The notes under the pieces: generated by a model
Told to the model about the DNA's origin: nothing
What the model saw: the letters and a program-made list of their open reading frames with translations, nothing else
Database searches by the model: none
Assembly (NCBI GenBank): GCA_036521275.1
Contig: DATDIC010000124.1
Coordinates: 1-63,551, forward strand
Direction: 5' to 3'
Source: Acetobacteraceae bacterium
GTDB taxonomy: Bacteria; Pseudomonadota; Alphaproteobacteria; Acetobacterales; Acetobacteraceae
Length of the DNA stretch: 63,551 nucleotides
Made by a program: the position numbers and the translations under genes
Shown here: positions 18,582 through 28,426 of the stretch, in pieces
How the letters are laid out: the number at the start of each line of letters is the position of its first letter
How positions within the stretch are numbered: position 1 is the first letter of the stretch

Positions 18582-19331
18582 TCAGGTGGAATCATGCGAC
18601 AGCACCACTTCGGAAAGCTCCAGCTTCGCCATTTCCGGGGCGGGCCCGCGCGATCGTGCCGACGCGGTAACCGAGCGGGAGAAATGCGCCTCCAGCCGGC
18701 GCTGCACGAACCCCCACAGGGTCGTCAGGATCAGGTAGTAGATCGCCGCAACGATGAAAATCTCCAGCACCTTGAACTGCACCTGGATCAAAAGCTCGGT
18801 GCGCCGCAGCAATTCTTCCATGGAGATGACGGACGCCAGCGAGGAGGTCTTCATCAGGCCGTTAAAGGAATTCCCGAGCGGCGGTATGATGATCCGCAGG
18901 GCCTGCGGCATGACGACGACGCGCATCGTCGTGGTGCGGGTCATCCCGATCGAACGGGCTGCCTCGAACTGGCCGCGCGGAACGGCAGAGATGCCGGCGC
19001 GGATGATCTCCGCCAGGTAGGCGCCTTCGTTCACGCCAAGGCCAATCAGCGCCGAGGCAAGCACGCCCAGCTTGATGCCAAGCTGCGGCAGGCCGGTGTA
19101 GATGATGATCAGTTGCACGAGCACGGGCGTGCCGCGAAACAACCACACGTAGAACGTCGCCGGCTGGCGCAGCAGCGGATTGCGGGACATGCGCATCAGT
19201 GCAGCGGCCAGGCCGCAGAGCAGTCCAATTCCCATCGCGCCGATCGAGAGCCCAAGCGAGACGCCGGCCCCTTCAATCAGATACAGGCTATGGAGGTAAT
19301 GGAAAAATGTGCTCCAGTCCCACATAGTCAT
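18582..19331 (-). CDS. amino acid ABC transporter permease (HisM/GlnP type)
   Basis: Polytopic ORF with an EAA-type loop (EAARSIGMTRTTTMRVVVMPQALR). The start is ambiguous among Met codons at 19340, 19331 and 19325. Confidence 0.88.
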   Translation of the reverse strand: MTMWDWSTFFHYLHSLYLIEGAGVSLGLSIGAMGIGLLCGLAAALMRMSRNPLLRQPATFYVWLFRGTPVLVQLIIIYTGLPQLGIKLGVLASALIGLGVNEGAYLAEIIRAGISAVPRGQFEAARSIGMTRTTTMRVVVMPQALRIIIPPLGNSFNGLMKTSSLASVISMEELLRRTELLIQVQFKVLEIFIVAAIYYLILTTLWGFVQRRLEAHFSRSVTASARSRGPAPEMAKLELSEVVLSHDST

Positions 19332-19478
19332 CGCCCCCATGGGCACAGCAGCGCCGTACGTGTTGGAAGCAATATCCAGACCGGTGTCAAGCCGCGACTT
19401 TGCTGATCGCGGCGCCACAGGGCGAACGCTGGCGCCATTCGTGCCACGACGGATCAATCACACCGAAGGGAACCAGAA

Positions 19479-20396
19479 ATGCGAAGGGTCATCGACTTGG
19501 AATGCGATTTGCCACCCGATGAAAACGGCAAGCCACGGAAACAGGAAGGCGCCGCCCATCCCCCGGGATACGGCGATCCGGAGCGGCTGGAACCGCTGCC
19601 GGGTCACGGATTCTCCAATTATCAGCGCATCTTTTCCCGCCGCGGCGAAGCTGCCGAAGCCCCCGGCCCAGACACCCCGCACGGAATGTCCATCGCCGAT
19701 TTCGTCGGCCTGATGGATCGCGCCGGTGTGCAGGTGGGCGTCCTGCGCGCGAGCAACGGGATGATCGCCGATATCCTCGCAAGTTTCCCCAAGCGATTCA
19801 TCGGACTGGCATCGATCAGTCCGCATGACGGCATGCGCGGCGTGCGGGAACTGGTCCGCCTGGTGAAAGAACGCGGGTTCGGCGCACTTCGCGTGTCGTC
19901 GCTCTACAACATGCTTCCAGCCAGCGACCGGCGTTACTACCCGCTCTATGCAAAATGCGTGGAGCTCGACATTCCGGTGCGGATCTACGCCAGCATGAAC
20001 TACGCCAACGACCGGGCGTACGATCTTGGACATCCGCGACACATCGATCAGATCGCGGTGGACTTCCCCGAGTTGCGGATCATCGCCGGGCTGGGTGGCT
20101 GGCCGTGGGTGAACGAGATGGTGGCCTTGTTGCGGCGCCATCCCAATCTCTATTGCGACACGGCGTCGCACCGCCCCAGGTATTTCGGTGTACGCGGTTC
20201 GGGATGGGAGCAGTTTTTGCAATTCGGCAACACGCTGCTGCAGGACAAGATCATGGTCGGCCTCTCGTGGGAGGCGTTCGGCGTACCAATGGAAGCGCTG
20301 ATAGAAGAATATGCCGCCTTGCCTCTCAAGGGACCGGTCCTCGACAAGTGGCTGTTCGGCAATGCGAGGAACTTCTTCCGCCTCGCTACCCTTTGA
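19479..20396 (+). CDS. amidohydrolase-2 family metal-dependent hydrolase/decarboxylase (ACMSD/LigI-like)
   Basis: 305-aa ORF with a TIM-barrel amidohydrolase_2-like pattern (RVIDLECDLP, PELRIIAGLGGWPW, YCDTAS). Confidence 0.75.
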   Translation: MRRVIDLECDLPPDENGKPRKQEGAAHPPGYGDPERLEPLPGHGFSNYQRIFSRRGEAAEAPGPDTPHGMSIADFVGLMDRAGVQVGVLRASNGMIADILASFPKRFIGLASISPHDGMRGVRELVRLVKERGFGALRVSSLYNMLPASDRRYYPLYAKCVELDIPVRIYASMNYANDRAYDLGHPRHIDQIAVDFPELRIIAGLGGWPWVNEMVALLRRHPNLYCDTASHRPRYFGVRGSGWEQFLQFGNTLLQDKIMVGLSWEAFGVPMEALIEEYAALPLKGPVLDKWLFGNARNFFRLATL

Positions 20397-20429
20397 AGGT
20401 CACGGCAAATCGTTACTGCAAAGCAGTGG

Positions 20430-21704
20430 TTAGCCGAACACCCGTCGTCCGGCTTTCCAGGTGCCCAGCACCCTGCCTTCCAGGGCACGTCCGTCGAACG
20501 GCGTGTTCTGCGCCTTGCCGGGCAGCCGCCCGGCTTCGACCCGCCAGATGCGCTCGGGGTGGAACAGGCAGACATCCGCCGCCGCGTTTTTCACCAGCCG
20601 GCCCGCATCGGCGCCCAGCAGCTTCGCCGGCCCGGCGGTAAGCAGCGCAAGCGCCTGCATGAGCGTCAGGGCGCCGTTATGGACATGAGCCAGCGTCACG
20701 CCGAGCAGCGTCGCCAGCCCGGCGCCGCCCGGCGCCGCCTGGGCGAACGGCAGCCGCTTGTCGTCGGCATCGCGCGGCTGGTGGTCGGACGCGATGGCGT
20801 CGATGGTGCCGTCCGCCAGCGCTGCGGAAACCGCCTGCCGATCCTCTTCCCGGCGCAGCGGCGGCGACAGCTTGGCATAGGTGCGGAAGTCGCCGATGGC
20901 GGTTTCGTTCAGATCGAAATAAGGCGGTGCGGTGTCGCAGGTGATCGCCAGCCCGTCCGCCTTGGCCCGGCGGATCAGCAGCAGCGCCTCGGCGGTGGAG
21001 ACATGGGCGAAATGCACCGCCCCGCCAGTAAGCGCCGCCAGCCGGATGTCGCGCGCGACCAGGATCGCCTCCGCGGCGGCGGGAATTGCCGGCAGGCCGA
21101 GCCGGGTGGCGAGTTCGCCTTCGGTTGCCGCACCGCCGGCGGCGAGCGACGGGTCTTCCGGATGCTGCACGATGCGGCCGCCGAACCCGCTGGCATAGGA
21201 TAGCGCCACACGCATCAGCCGCGCGGAGCCGAGCGCGCGGGCACCATCCGTGAACGCCACCGCGCCAGCTTCGCGCAGCAGGCCAAGCTCGGCCAGCTCC
21301 TCGCCCCGGCAGCCGCGGGTCAGCGCGGCGTAGGGCAGAATCGTCAGGCTGCCGGTTTCCTCGCCGCGCGCCCGCAGCAGCCGCACCAGGGCGGGATCAT
21401 CGATCGCCGGCTGTGTGTCGGGCAGCGCGGCCAGCGTGGTGATGCCGCCGGCTGCCGCCGCCTGCGCCGCCGAGGCGATGGTTTCACGATATTCGAAACC
21501 GGGCTCGCCCAGGGCCGCGCGCATATCGACCAGGCCCGGGCAGAGCACCGCGCCCGGTTCGTCGATGATGGCTGCGCCCTCGGGGCGGCCGAGGCCGGCA
21601 CCGAAATCGGCAATGCGGCCGTCGCGCACCAGCACCTCGCCCGGCTGATCAAGCCCGGAGCCCGGATCGATCAGGCGGACCCCGGTGAACAGCGTATCTC
21701 TCAC
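20430..21704 (-). CDS. pyrC: dihydroorotase-like protein, probably the non-catalytic PyrC-prime partner of ATCase
   Basis: 424-aa ORF overlapping pyrB by 4 nt. DHOase fold motifs are present ([17 protein letters not shown]), but the first metal motif DxHxH reads DMRAAL (nt 21510-21527). Confidence 0.85.
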   Translation of the reverse strand: MRDTLFTGVRLIDPGSGLDQPGEVLVRDGRIADFGAGLGRPEGAAIIDEPGAVLCPGLVDMRAALGEPGFEYRETIASAAQAAAAGGITTLAALPDTQPAIDDPALVRLLRARGEETGSLTILPYAALTRGCRGEELAELGLLREAGAVAFTDGARALGSARLMRVALSYASGFGGRIVQHPEDPSLAAGGAATEGELATRLGLPAIPAAAEAILVARDIRLAALTGGAVHFAHVSTAEALLLIRRAKADGLAITCDTAPPYFDLNETAIGDFRTYAKLSPPLRREEDRQAVSAALADGTIDAIASDHQPRDADDKRLPFAQAAPGGAGLATLLGVTLAHVHNGALTLMQALALLTAGPAKLLGADAGRLVKNAAADVCLFHPERIWRVEAGRLPGKAQNTPFDGRALEGRVLGTWKAGRRVFG

Positions 21705-22684
21705 CCAATATTCCCCGGCCCGCGCGAGAGCGTGTCCAGCACCGCCATGCGCACGGCGACGCCCATCTCCACCTGCTCGCGGATCAAGCTGCGGACCGGA
21801 TCGTCGGCCACCGCGCTGTCGATCTCCACGCCGCGATTCATCGGGCCGGGATGCATGACCAGCGCATCCGGTTTCGCGTGCGCCAGTTTTTCCATGTCCA
21901 GCCCGTAGAAGCGGAAATATTCGCGTGCGCTGGGCACCAGCCCGTGCTGCATCCGTTCCTTTTGCAACCGCAGCATCATCACGATATCCACGCCGGCCAG
22001 GCCAGCCTGCATGTCATGGAAGACTGTCACACCCATGCGGGCCACGTCCGCCGGAATAAGTGTCGGCGGGCCGACGACGCGCACCTGGCTGCCCATCGTG
22101 GTCAGCAGGTGAATGTTGGAACGCGCGACGCGGGAATGCGCGATGTCGCCGCAGATGGCGACCGTCAGGTTCTCCAGCCGGCCCTTCCGCCGGCGAATGG
22201 TGAGTGCATCGAGCAGCGCCTGGGTGGGATGTTCGTGCGTGCCGTCGCCGGCATTGATGACGGCGGCATCGACTTTCTGCGCCAGCAGGTTGGGCGCCCC
22301 GGACGCGGCGTGGCGCACCACCAGCAGATCGCAATTCATGGCGTTCAGCGTGCCGGCGGTGTCCAGCAGCGTCTCCCCCTTGTTCACCGAGGAGGTGGAG
22401 ACCGACATGTTGATCACGTCCGCCCCCAGCCGTTTGCCGGCCAGTTCGAAGCTGGTGCGGGTGCGCGTGGAATCCTCGAAGAACAGGTTGATCAGCGTGC
22501 GGCCGCGCAGCAGGTCGCGCTGGGTGTTGCCCGACCTGTTCAGCAGCACATAGCTCTCCGCGAGATCGAGCAGATGCCCGATTTCGGGCGGGTGCAGCCC
22601 TTCAATGGCCAACAGGTGCTTCTGCCGATACGACACGGCGCTTGGTTGCAGCAAGGGGTCGGTGGCGTCAACCGATCGGAGCAC
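21701..22684 (-). CDS. pyrB: aspartate carbamoyltransferase catalytic subunit
   Basis: 327-aa ORF with motifs [21 protein letters not shown] and [11 protein letters not shown] start. Confidence 0.95.
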   Translation of the reverse strand: MLRSVDATDPLLQPSAVSYRQKHLLAIEGLHPPEIGHLLDLAESYVLLNRSGNTQRDLLRGRTLINLFFEDSTRTRTSFELAGKRLGADVINMSVSTSSVNKGETLLDTAGTLNAMNCDLLVVRHAASGAPNLLAQKVDAAVINAGDGTHEHPTQALLDALTIRRRKGRLENLTVAICGDIAHSRVARSNIHLLTTMGSQVRVVGPPTLIPADVARMGVTVFHDMQAGLAGVDIVMMLRLQKERMQHGLVPSAREYFRFYGLDMEKLAHAKPDALVMHPGPMNRGVEIDSAVADDPVRSLIREQVEMGVAVRMAVLDTLSRGPGNIG

Positions 22685-22699
22685 CCGATGCGATTGCCC

Positions 22700-24550
22700 T
22701 CAATGCACAAACCCCGTCGACAACCACGGCACCGCCGCCACCACGATCAGCGCCGCCACCAGCGTCAGCATGTAAGGCCAGATCCGCCCCAGCGCCTGGT
22801 CGCTGGTCGTCCGCCCGATCAGGCAGCTCTGATAGAACCCCACGCCAAACGGCGGCGAAAACAGCCCGATCCCCATCGCCAGAATAGCCACGATCGCGTA
22901 GTGCACCTCGTTGACGCCGACTTGCTGGGCCACCGGAAACAGCAGCGGCCCGAACAGCACCATCGCCGGCAGCCCTTCCAGCACACTGCCGAGAATGATG
23001 AACACCACGATCGAAACCGCCATGAACCCGACCCTGCCGCCCGGCAGGTTCGTCATCATGGCGGTCAGCGATTGCGCGAACCCCGCCTGTGTCAGCGCCC
23101 ACGCCATCGCCGAGGCCGCGCCGATGATCAGCAATATCGCTCCGGATAGCGCTGCCGTTTCCACCAGGATCGGGAACACCCGCCGCCAGTCGAACACGCG
23201 ATAGATGAACAGCCCCACCAGCACCGAATAGACCGTGCCGATCGTCGCGACCTCGGTCGCAGTGGTGATCCCGGACAGCACGGCATAGCGGATCAGGAAC
23301 GGCAGGATCAGCGCCGGTATCGCCACGATGAACAGCCGCACGGTGTCGCGCGCGCGCACCCGTTCGTCCGATACATGGTCATCCCGGCTGCGGAAGAAGA
23401 TCAGTACCACCAGCGCCAGCGCCGCCACCGCCGCCGGCAGCAACCCGCCAGTGAACAGCGCCGAAGTCGACACGCCGGTCACCGCGCCGACGATGATCAG
23501 CACCAGGCTCGGCGGGATGGTTTCCGACATCGCCGCAGATGCCGCAAGCTGCGCCACCAGCTCCCCCGGATGCGCCCCGCGCCGCCGCATCTCCGGCAGC
23601 AGCACCGGTGCGATCGCCGCCTGGTCCGCCGCCTTCGATCCCGAAATGCCGGAGATCAGGTACATCGCGCCGATCAGCGAATACGACAGGCCGCCGCGCC
23701 TGTGGCCAACCAGCGCGGCCAGGCAATCGACCAGCGCCTTGGCGATGCCGGTCATCTCCAGCAGCAGCCCCAGCACCACGAACATCGGCACCGCAAGCAG
23801 CTCGATCGACGACATGCCCTGGTTCATCTGGCTGATCACGATCGCCAGCGGAATCGTCGTCGTGTAGAACATGTAGGCGATCGTCGAGATGCCGAAGCTG
23901 AACGCGATCGGCACGCCGCAAAAAATGCAAATGCCGACCATGCCGACGAAAAAGATCACCAGGTTGCCGTTGCCGGCCGCATCCAGCAGCGGTTCCGCCA
24001 GCCAGAGCCCGACCCCGATCACCAGCCCCACGCCAAATGTCAGCGCCAGCTCGCGCCAGGTCGCGCCCTCAAAAAGCTGCCGCAGCGCGGTGATCAGCAG
24101 CAGAACGAAGGCTGCCAGCTCGCCGGCCACCTCCCAGGAGCCGGGAAGTTGCAGCGTGGGCGTGGTGATCGCCTGCTGCTGCTGCATGTAATCGAAACCG
24201 GGCACCAACAGCTCGACAATGAAGATCATCACCACCAGCGCGGAGATCCGCGCCAGGAAACTCCCCGCCGGCGGCGAAAGCCGCGCCACGAACACGGTCA
24301 TGCGCATATGCTCGCCGCGGCGCAACGCGATCACCGCACCCAGGCTCACCAGCCAGAGGAACAGCATCTCCGCCAGCTCATCGACCCAGACGAGCGGATT
24401 ATCCAATACATAGCGCCAGATCACGCCGGCAAGCAGGATGGCGATCTCGATGACGACAAGCGCGGCGGCGACCGTTTCCGACACCACATCGACAACGCGA
24501 TCAATCCGGCGAAGCCCCCCCGCCGTCTCCGTCCCAGGTGCAGCGCGCAT
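22700..24550 (-). CDS. TRAP transporter fused small/large permease (DctQ-DctM fusion)
   Basis: 616-aa polytopic ORF. A DctQ-like N-terminal ~170 aa is followed by a DctM-like multi-TM domain. Confidence 0.9.
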   Translation of the reverse strand: MRAAPGTETAGGLRRIDRVVDVVSETVAAALVVIEIAILLAGVIWRYVLDNPLVWVDELAEMLFLWLVSLGAVIALRRGEHMRMTVFVARLSPPAGSFLARISALVVMIFIVELLVPGFDYMQQQQAITTPTLQLPGSWEVAGELAAFVLLLITALRQLFEGATWRELALTFGVGLVIGVGLWLAEPLLDAAGNGNLVIFFVGMVGICIFCGVPIAFSFGISTIAYMFYTTTIPLAIVISQMNQGMSSIELLAVPMFVVLGLLLEMTGIAKALVDCLAALVGHRRGGLSYSLIGAMYLISGISGSKAADQAAIAPVLLPEMRRRGAHPGELVAQLAASAAMSETIPPSLVLIIVGAVTGVSTSALFTGGLLPAAVAALALVVLIFFRSRDDHVSDERVRARDTVRLFIVAIPALILPFLIRYAVLSGITTATEVATIGTVYSVLVGLFIYRVFDWRRVFPILVETAALSGAILLIIGAASAMAWALTQAGFAQSLTAMMTNLPGGRVGFMAVSIVVFIILGSVLEGLPAMVLFGPLLFPVAQQVGVNEVHYAIVAILAMGIGLFSPPFGVGFYQSCLIGRTTSDQALGRIWPYMLTLVAALIVVAAVPWLSTGFVH

Positions 24551-24558
24551 TCAGCCGG

Positions 24559-25578
24559 TCAGGCGAGCTGACCGGCGTATTTCTCCAGCGCCGACCACAG
24601 GGTCGGGCCAAACTTCCCTTGCCATTCCTTGTAGAAACCCGATTGCACCAGCTTCTGGCGGAACGGAGCAGTATCCGGCGTGTTGAATGTCAGCCCCTGC
24701 TGGGTCAGCTTTGCCTGCAGCGAATCATCAAGCTGTTCGCTGGCCGTGCGCTGCTTCGCCGCTTGCCCGTCGAACGCGTCGGCGACGATCGTGCGATACT
24801 CGTCCGGCAGGCTTTTCCAATAGGCTCCGTTGATCAGCATCCAGTAGCCGACCCACATATGATTGGTCAGCGAGCAATATTTCTGCACCTGGTAGAATTT
24901 CTGCGTCTCGATCAGGCCCAGCGGGTTTTCTTGGCCATCCACCACGTGCGTCTGCAAAGCGGTGTAAAGCTCCGCCACGTTCAGCGTGGTCGGCGCGGCG
25001 CCCAGGTCCTTGAACAGCGACAGGGAAATCGGGCTCGGCGGCACGCGGATCTTGAAACCGTGCAGATCGTCCAGCGTGTTGATCGGCCTGGTGCTGGAAG
25101 TGATCTGCCGGAACCCTTCGTCCCACACGGCGCGCATCGGTTGCAGGCCAGTCTTCTGTATGTCGGCGCGCACGATATCGCCCACCGACCCGTCCAGCGC
25201 CGCCCAGGCGGTCTTCGCGTCCTTGAAGATGAAGCCGACATTGTCGATCGCCGCGGTCGGCACCAGCGTAGCCAGGATATTGTCGCCGATCCCCATCATC
25301 TGGATCGCGCCGACGCGCAGGTTGGACAGCATGTGGGTATCGTCGCCCAACTGGTTGCTGGGGAAGATCTGCACCTGCACAGCGCCGTTGCTCTTAGCCT
25401 TGATCTCCTCGGCCGCTGCCACTGCGTGCGTGGTCATCGGATGGTCGGGCGGCAGGTCGATGCCAAATTTGAGCACATACTGCTTGGCCGCCCGGGCCGA
25501 ACCGGAAACAAAAGCACCCGCGCCTGCCGCGGCAGCAGCGCCGGCAAGAAATTGTTTGCGAGACATCATAACCGGCAT
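24559..25578 (-). CDS. TRAP transporter substrate-binding protein (DctP family)
   Basis: 339-aa ORF with signal peptide MSRKQFLAGAAAAAGAGAFVSGSARA and a DctP-family pattern. Lies 8 nt upstream of the permease gene. Confidence 0.9.
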   Translation of the reverse strand: MPVMMSRKQFLAGAAAAAGAGAFVSGSARAAKQYVLKFGIDLPPDHPMTTHAVAAAEEIKAKSNGAVQVQIFPSNQLGDDTHMLSNLRVGAIQMMGIGDNILATLVPTAAIDNVGFIFKDAKTAWAALDGSVGDIVRADIQKTGLQPMRAVWDEGFRQITSSTRPINTLDDLHGFKIRVPPSPISLSLFKDLGAAPTTLNVAELYTALQTHVVDGQENPLGLIETQKFYQVQKYCSLTNHMWVGYWMLINGAYWKSLPDEYRTIVADAFDGQAAKQRTASEQLDDSLQAKLTQQGLTFNTPDTAPFRQKLVQSGFYKEWQGKFGPTLWSALEKYAGQLA

Positions 25579-25738
25579 CGAATCCTCCCTTTAACCAGCC
25601 GCAACCGCGCGCGCCCATATGCGGCCGATCTACTCGCCGGTACCGCAACGGTCAAATGAGCCCTCAATCATCAGGCGGACCAAGTCCCAAAGCCGTGATC
25701 CGCCGGCATACGGTCGTAACACATGATACCAACCAGGC

Positions 25739-26500
25739 TCACCGCGCCGCCATCCGCAATGCCCCGTCCAACCGGATCGTCTCCCCGTTCAGGAAACGAT
25801 TCGCCGCGATGTGCAGCACCAGCGCCGCATACTCGTCCGGCCGCCCCAGCCGCGCGGGGAACGGCACCGAAGCCGCCAGGCCGGTCCGCACATCATCGGG
25901 CAGACCGTTGAACATCGGTGTCTCGATCAGTCCTGGCGCGATGGTCACCACGCGAATGCCCGACCGCGCCAGTTCGCGTGCCGCCGGCAGCGTCAGGCCG
26001 ACCACCCCGGCCTTCGAGGCCGCGTACGCCGCCTGTCCAACCTGCCCCTCATAGGCGGCAATGGAGGCGGTGTTGACGATCACCCCGCGTTCGCCGTCTT
26101 CCATCGGCTCCAGCGTGCTCATCGCCGCGGCCGCCAGCCGCAGCATGTTGAAGGTGCCGATCAGGTTGATGCGGATCACCTGCTCGAAACGTTCCAGCGG
26201 CATGGCACCGTCGCGCCCGATGATCCGTGCCGCCGGCCCGATGCCGGCGCAGTTCACCAGCAGCCGCGCCGGCCCGTGCGCCGCGGCCCCCAGCGCCACA
26301 GCCGCGGTGGCCGCCGCCGCGTCTGCCACGTCACAGGTCGCGGCCAGCCCGCCGACCCGCGCCGCGACCGCCTCCGCCGCCGCGCGGTTGATGTCCATCA
26401 CCGTCACGCGTGCCCCGGCCGCCGCCAGCGCCTGCGCGGTTGCGGCGCCCAGTCCCGACCCGCCGCCCGTCACGATCGCCGCCTGTCCGCGCAGCTCCAT
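25739..26500 (-). CDS. short-chain dehydrogenase/reductase, 3-hydroxyacyl-CoA dehydrogenase type-2-like
   Basis: ORF 25739..27448 trimmed to Met317. Rossmann motif TGGGSGLG and catalytic YAASK. Confidence 0.88.
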   Translation of the reverse strand: MELRGQAAIVTGGGSGLGAATAQALAAAGARVTVMDINRAAAEAVAARVGGLAATCDVADAAAATAAVALGAAAHGPARLLVNCAGIGPAARIIGRDGAMPLERFEQVIRINLIGTFNMLRLAAAAMSTLEPMEDGERGVIVNTASIAAYEGQVGQAAYAASKAGVVGLTLPAARELARSGIRVVTIAPGLIETPMFNGLPDDVRTGLAASVPFPARLGRPDEYAALVLHIAANRFLNGETIRLDGALRMAAR

Positions 26501-26572
26501 CCCCTGCCCTCTTCCGCAATCCGTCGCGGTATCGAACAATGCGCAGCCAGGAACAAGCCGAGGGAATCGCAG

Positions 26573-28225
26573 ATGACCGAGAAGCAGCCCGCCAGCGGCA
26601 CCCGCGGCATGGTGGTGACGAATCACCCGCTCGCCTCCGCCGCCGGCGCCGAGATGCTGGCCGCCGGTGGCAATGCGATCGATGCCGCCATCGCCGCGCT
26701 GTTCACGCTGACCGTGGTGGAACCGATGATGGTGGGCATCCTCGGCGGCGGCATCGCGCATATCCGCCTGGCCGACGGCCAGCACGTGGTGATCGACAAT
26801 CAGAGCACGGCGCCCGCCGCCACCGGTCCCACCACCTACACCGCCGACCCCAACGCCGCGCCGGGCACCATGGACGCAGTCGGGCGCGCCAATGCCATCG
26901 GCCCAACCGCCGTCGCGTTGCCGGGCAATCTGAAAGGCTGGTGCGAGGCACTGGCGCGTTTCGGCACGTTTTCCCTGGCCGACGTCACGGAACCGGCAAT
27001 CCGCCATGCCGCACGCGGGTTCCGGGCGACCTCCTATCTTTCGGATTGCGTCGCCGACTGCGCCGCCGACCTGGCGCAGGACCCGGAGATCGCCCGCATC
27101 TTCATGCCGAACGGCCAACCGTTGCACCCCGGGGACCGCGTGCTCAACGGCGACTATGCCGAAACTCTGCGGCTGATCGCGCGCGAAGGCGCCGACGCCC
27201 TGTACCACGGCTCGCTCGGCCGGACTTACACCGAGCATATGGCGCAGACGGGCGGGTATGTGTCCCTCGCCGACCTGGCAGCGTATCGCACCAAGGAGCG
27301 CGTGGCGCTGCGCGGGTCTTATCGCGGGTTCGACATCGTCGGGCCGCCGCCGGCCAGCTCCGGCCCGCTGCACATCATCGAGATGCTGAATATTCTCGAA
27401 GGATACGACCTGCATGCGATGGGATTCGGCACGCCGGACACGCTGCACCTGCTGGCGGAAGTGCTGAAGATCGCTTTCGCCGACCGCGCCGCCGCCACCG
27501 CCGATCCGGACTTTGTCGCCGTCCCGGTCGAGCGGCTCACCTCCAAAAGCTATGCGGCGGAACGCCGTGCCGGCATCGACCTGTCACGCGCGCAACATTT
27601 CACCGCCGGAGTGGCGGCGGGCGAATCGGCCAACACCACGCACCTGACTGTTGCCGATGGCGCCGGCAACGTCGTGGCGAGCACGCAGACGATCAACAGC
27701 CTGTTCGGCGCCCGCTACATGGTGCCCGGGACCGGCATGATCCCCAACAACTACATGTATTTGTTCACGCCGCATCCGGGACGCGCCAATTCGGTGGCGC
27801 CCGGCAAGCGGGTGACATCCTCCATGTCGCCGATGATCGCGCTGCGCGATGGAAAGCCCGCCTATGCACTCGGCCTGCCGGGCGGATTGCGGATTTTCGG
27901 TTCGGCGATGCAGGGGCTGATCAACCTGATCGACCACCGCATGCCGGTGCAGCAGGCCGTCGAGGCTCCGCGGCTCTGGACCCAGGGCTACCAGGTGGAG
28001 ATCGAACGCGGCTTCGGCGCCGACACCGCCCAGGCCTTGCGCGACCGCGGCCACGATGTAGCGCTGATGCCCACGGTTGCCGGCGGCATGTCGGCCATCC
28101 AGTTCCACCCGGACGGCACGATGACCGGAGCGGCGTGCTGGCGGGCCGACGGCACGCCGATCGGGATTGGCGGCGGGCCGGCGCGTCCCGGCGTGCGATT
28201 CCGGCTGGAAGCGGGACGGAACTGA
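26573..28225 (+). CDS. ggt: gamma-glutamyltransferase family protein (no signal peptide)
   Basis: In-frame ATG 26573 in ORF 25811..28225. Nucleophile motif NTTHLTVAD. The N-terminus MTEKQPASGTRGMVVTNHPLASAAG has no hydrophobic leader. Confidence 0.88.
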   Translation: MTEKQPASGTRGMVVTNHPLASAAGAEMLAAGGNAIDAAIAALFTLTVVEPMMVGILGGGIAHIRLADGQHVVIDNQSTAPAATGPTTYTADPNAAPGTMDAVGRANAIGPTAVALPGNLKGWCEALARFGTFSLADVTEPAIRHAARGFRATSYLSDCVADCAADLAQDPEIARIFMPNGQPLHPGDRVLNGDYAETLRLIAREGADALYHGSLGRTYTEHMAQTGGYVSLADLAAYRTKERVALRGSYRGFDIVGPPPASSGPLHIIEMLNILEGYDLHAMGFGTPDTLHLLAEVLKIAFADRAAATADPDFVAVPVERLTSKSYAAERRAGIDLSRAQHFTAGVAAGESANTTHLTVADGAGNVVASTQTINSLFGARYMVPGTGMIPNNYMYLFTPHPGRANSVAPGKRVTSSMSPMIALRDGKPAYALGLPGGLRIFGSAMQGLINLIDHRMPVQQAVEAPRLWTQGYQVEIERGFGADTAQALRDRGHDVALMPTVAGGMSAIQFHPDGTMTGAACWRADGTPIGIGGGPARPGVRFRLEAGRN

Positions 28226-28426
28226 AGCCCCACGCCGTCAACGCCGGAATTGGCCTTCCCAATCCGGTTTGGTGGCGGGCAGAGCTTCTCCCAGCCAATC
28301 ATGCCTCGGCAATCCGCGGGGGAGCGAAATCTCGCCGCCATCGCCCTTTGCCGCGAAGACGAGCGCCCTATGAAACCCAACCCCCGCAGCCGGCGCTTTC
28401 GGCACTGTTGCATCCGGAGACAGATA

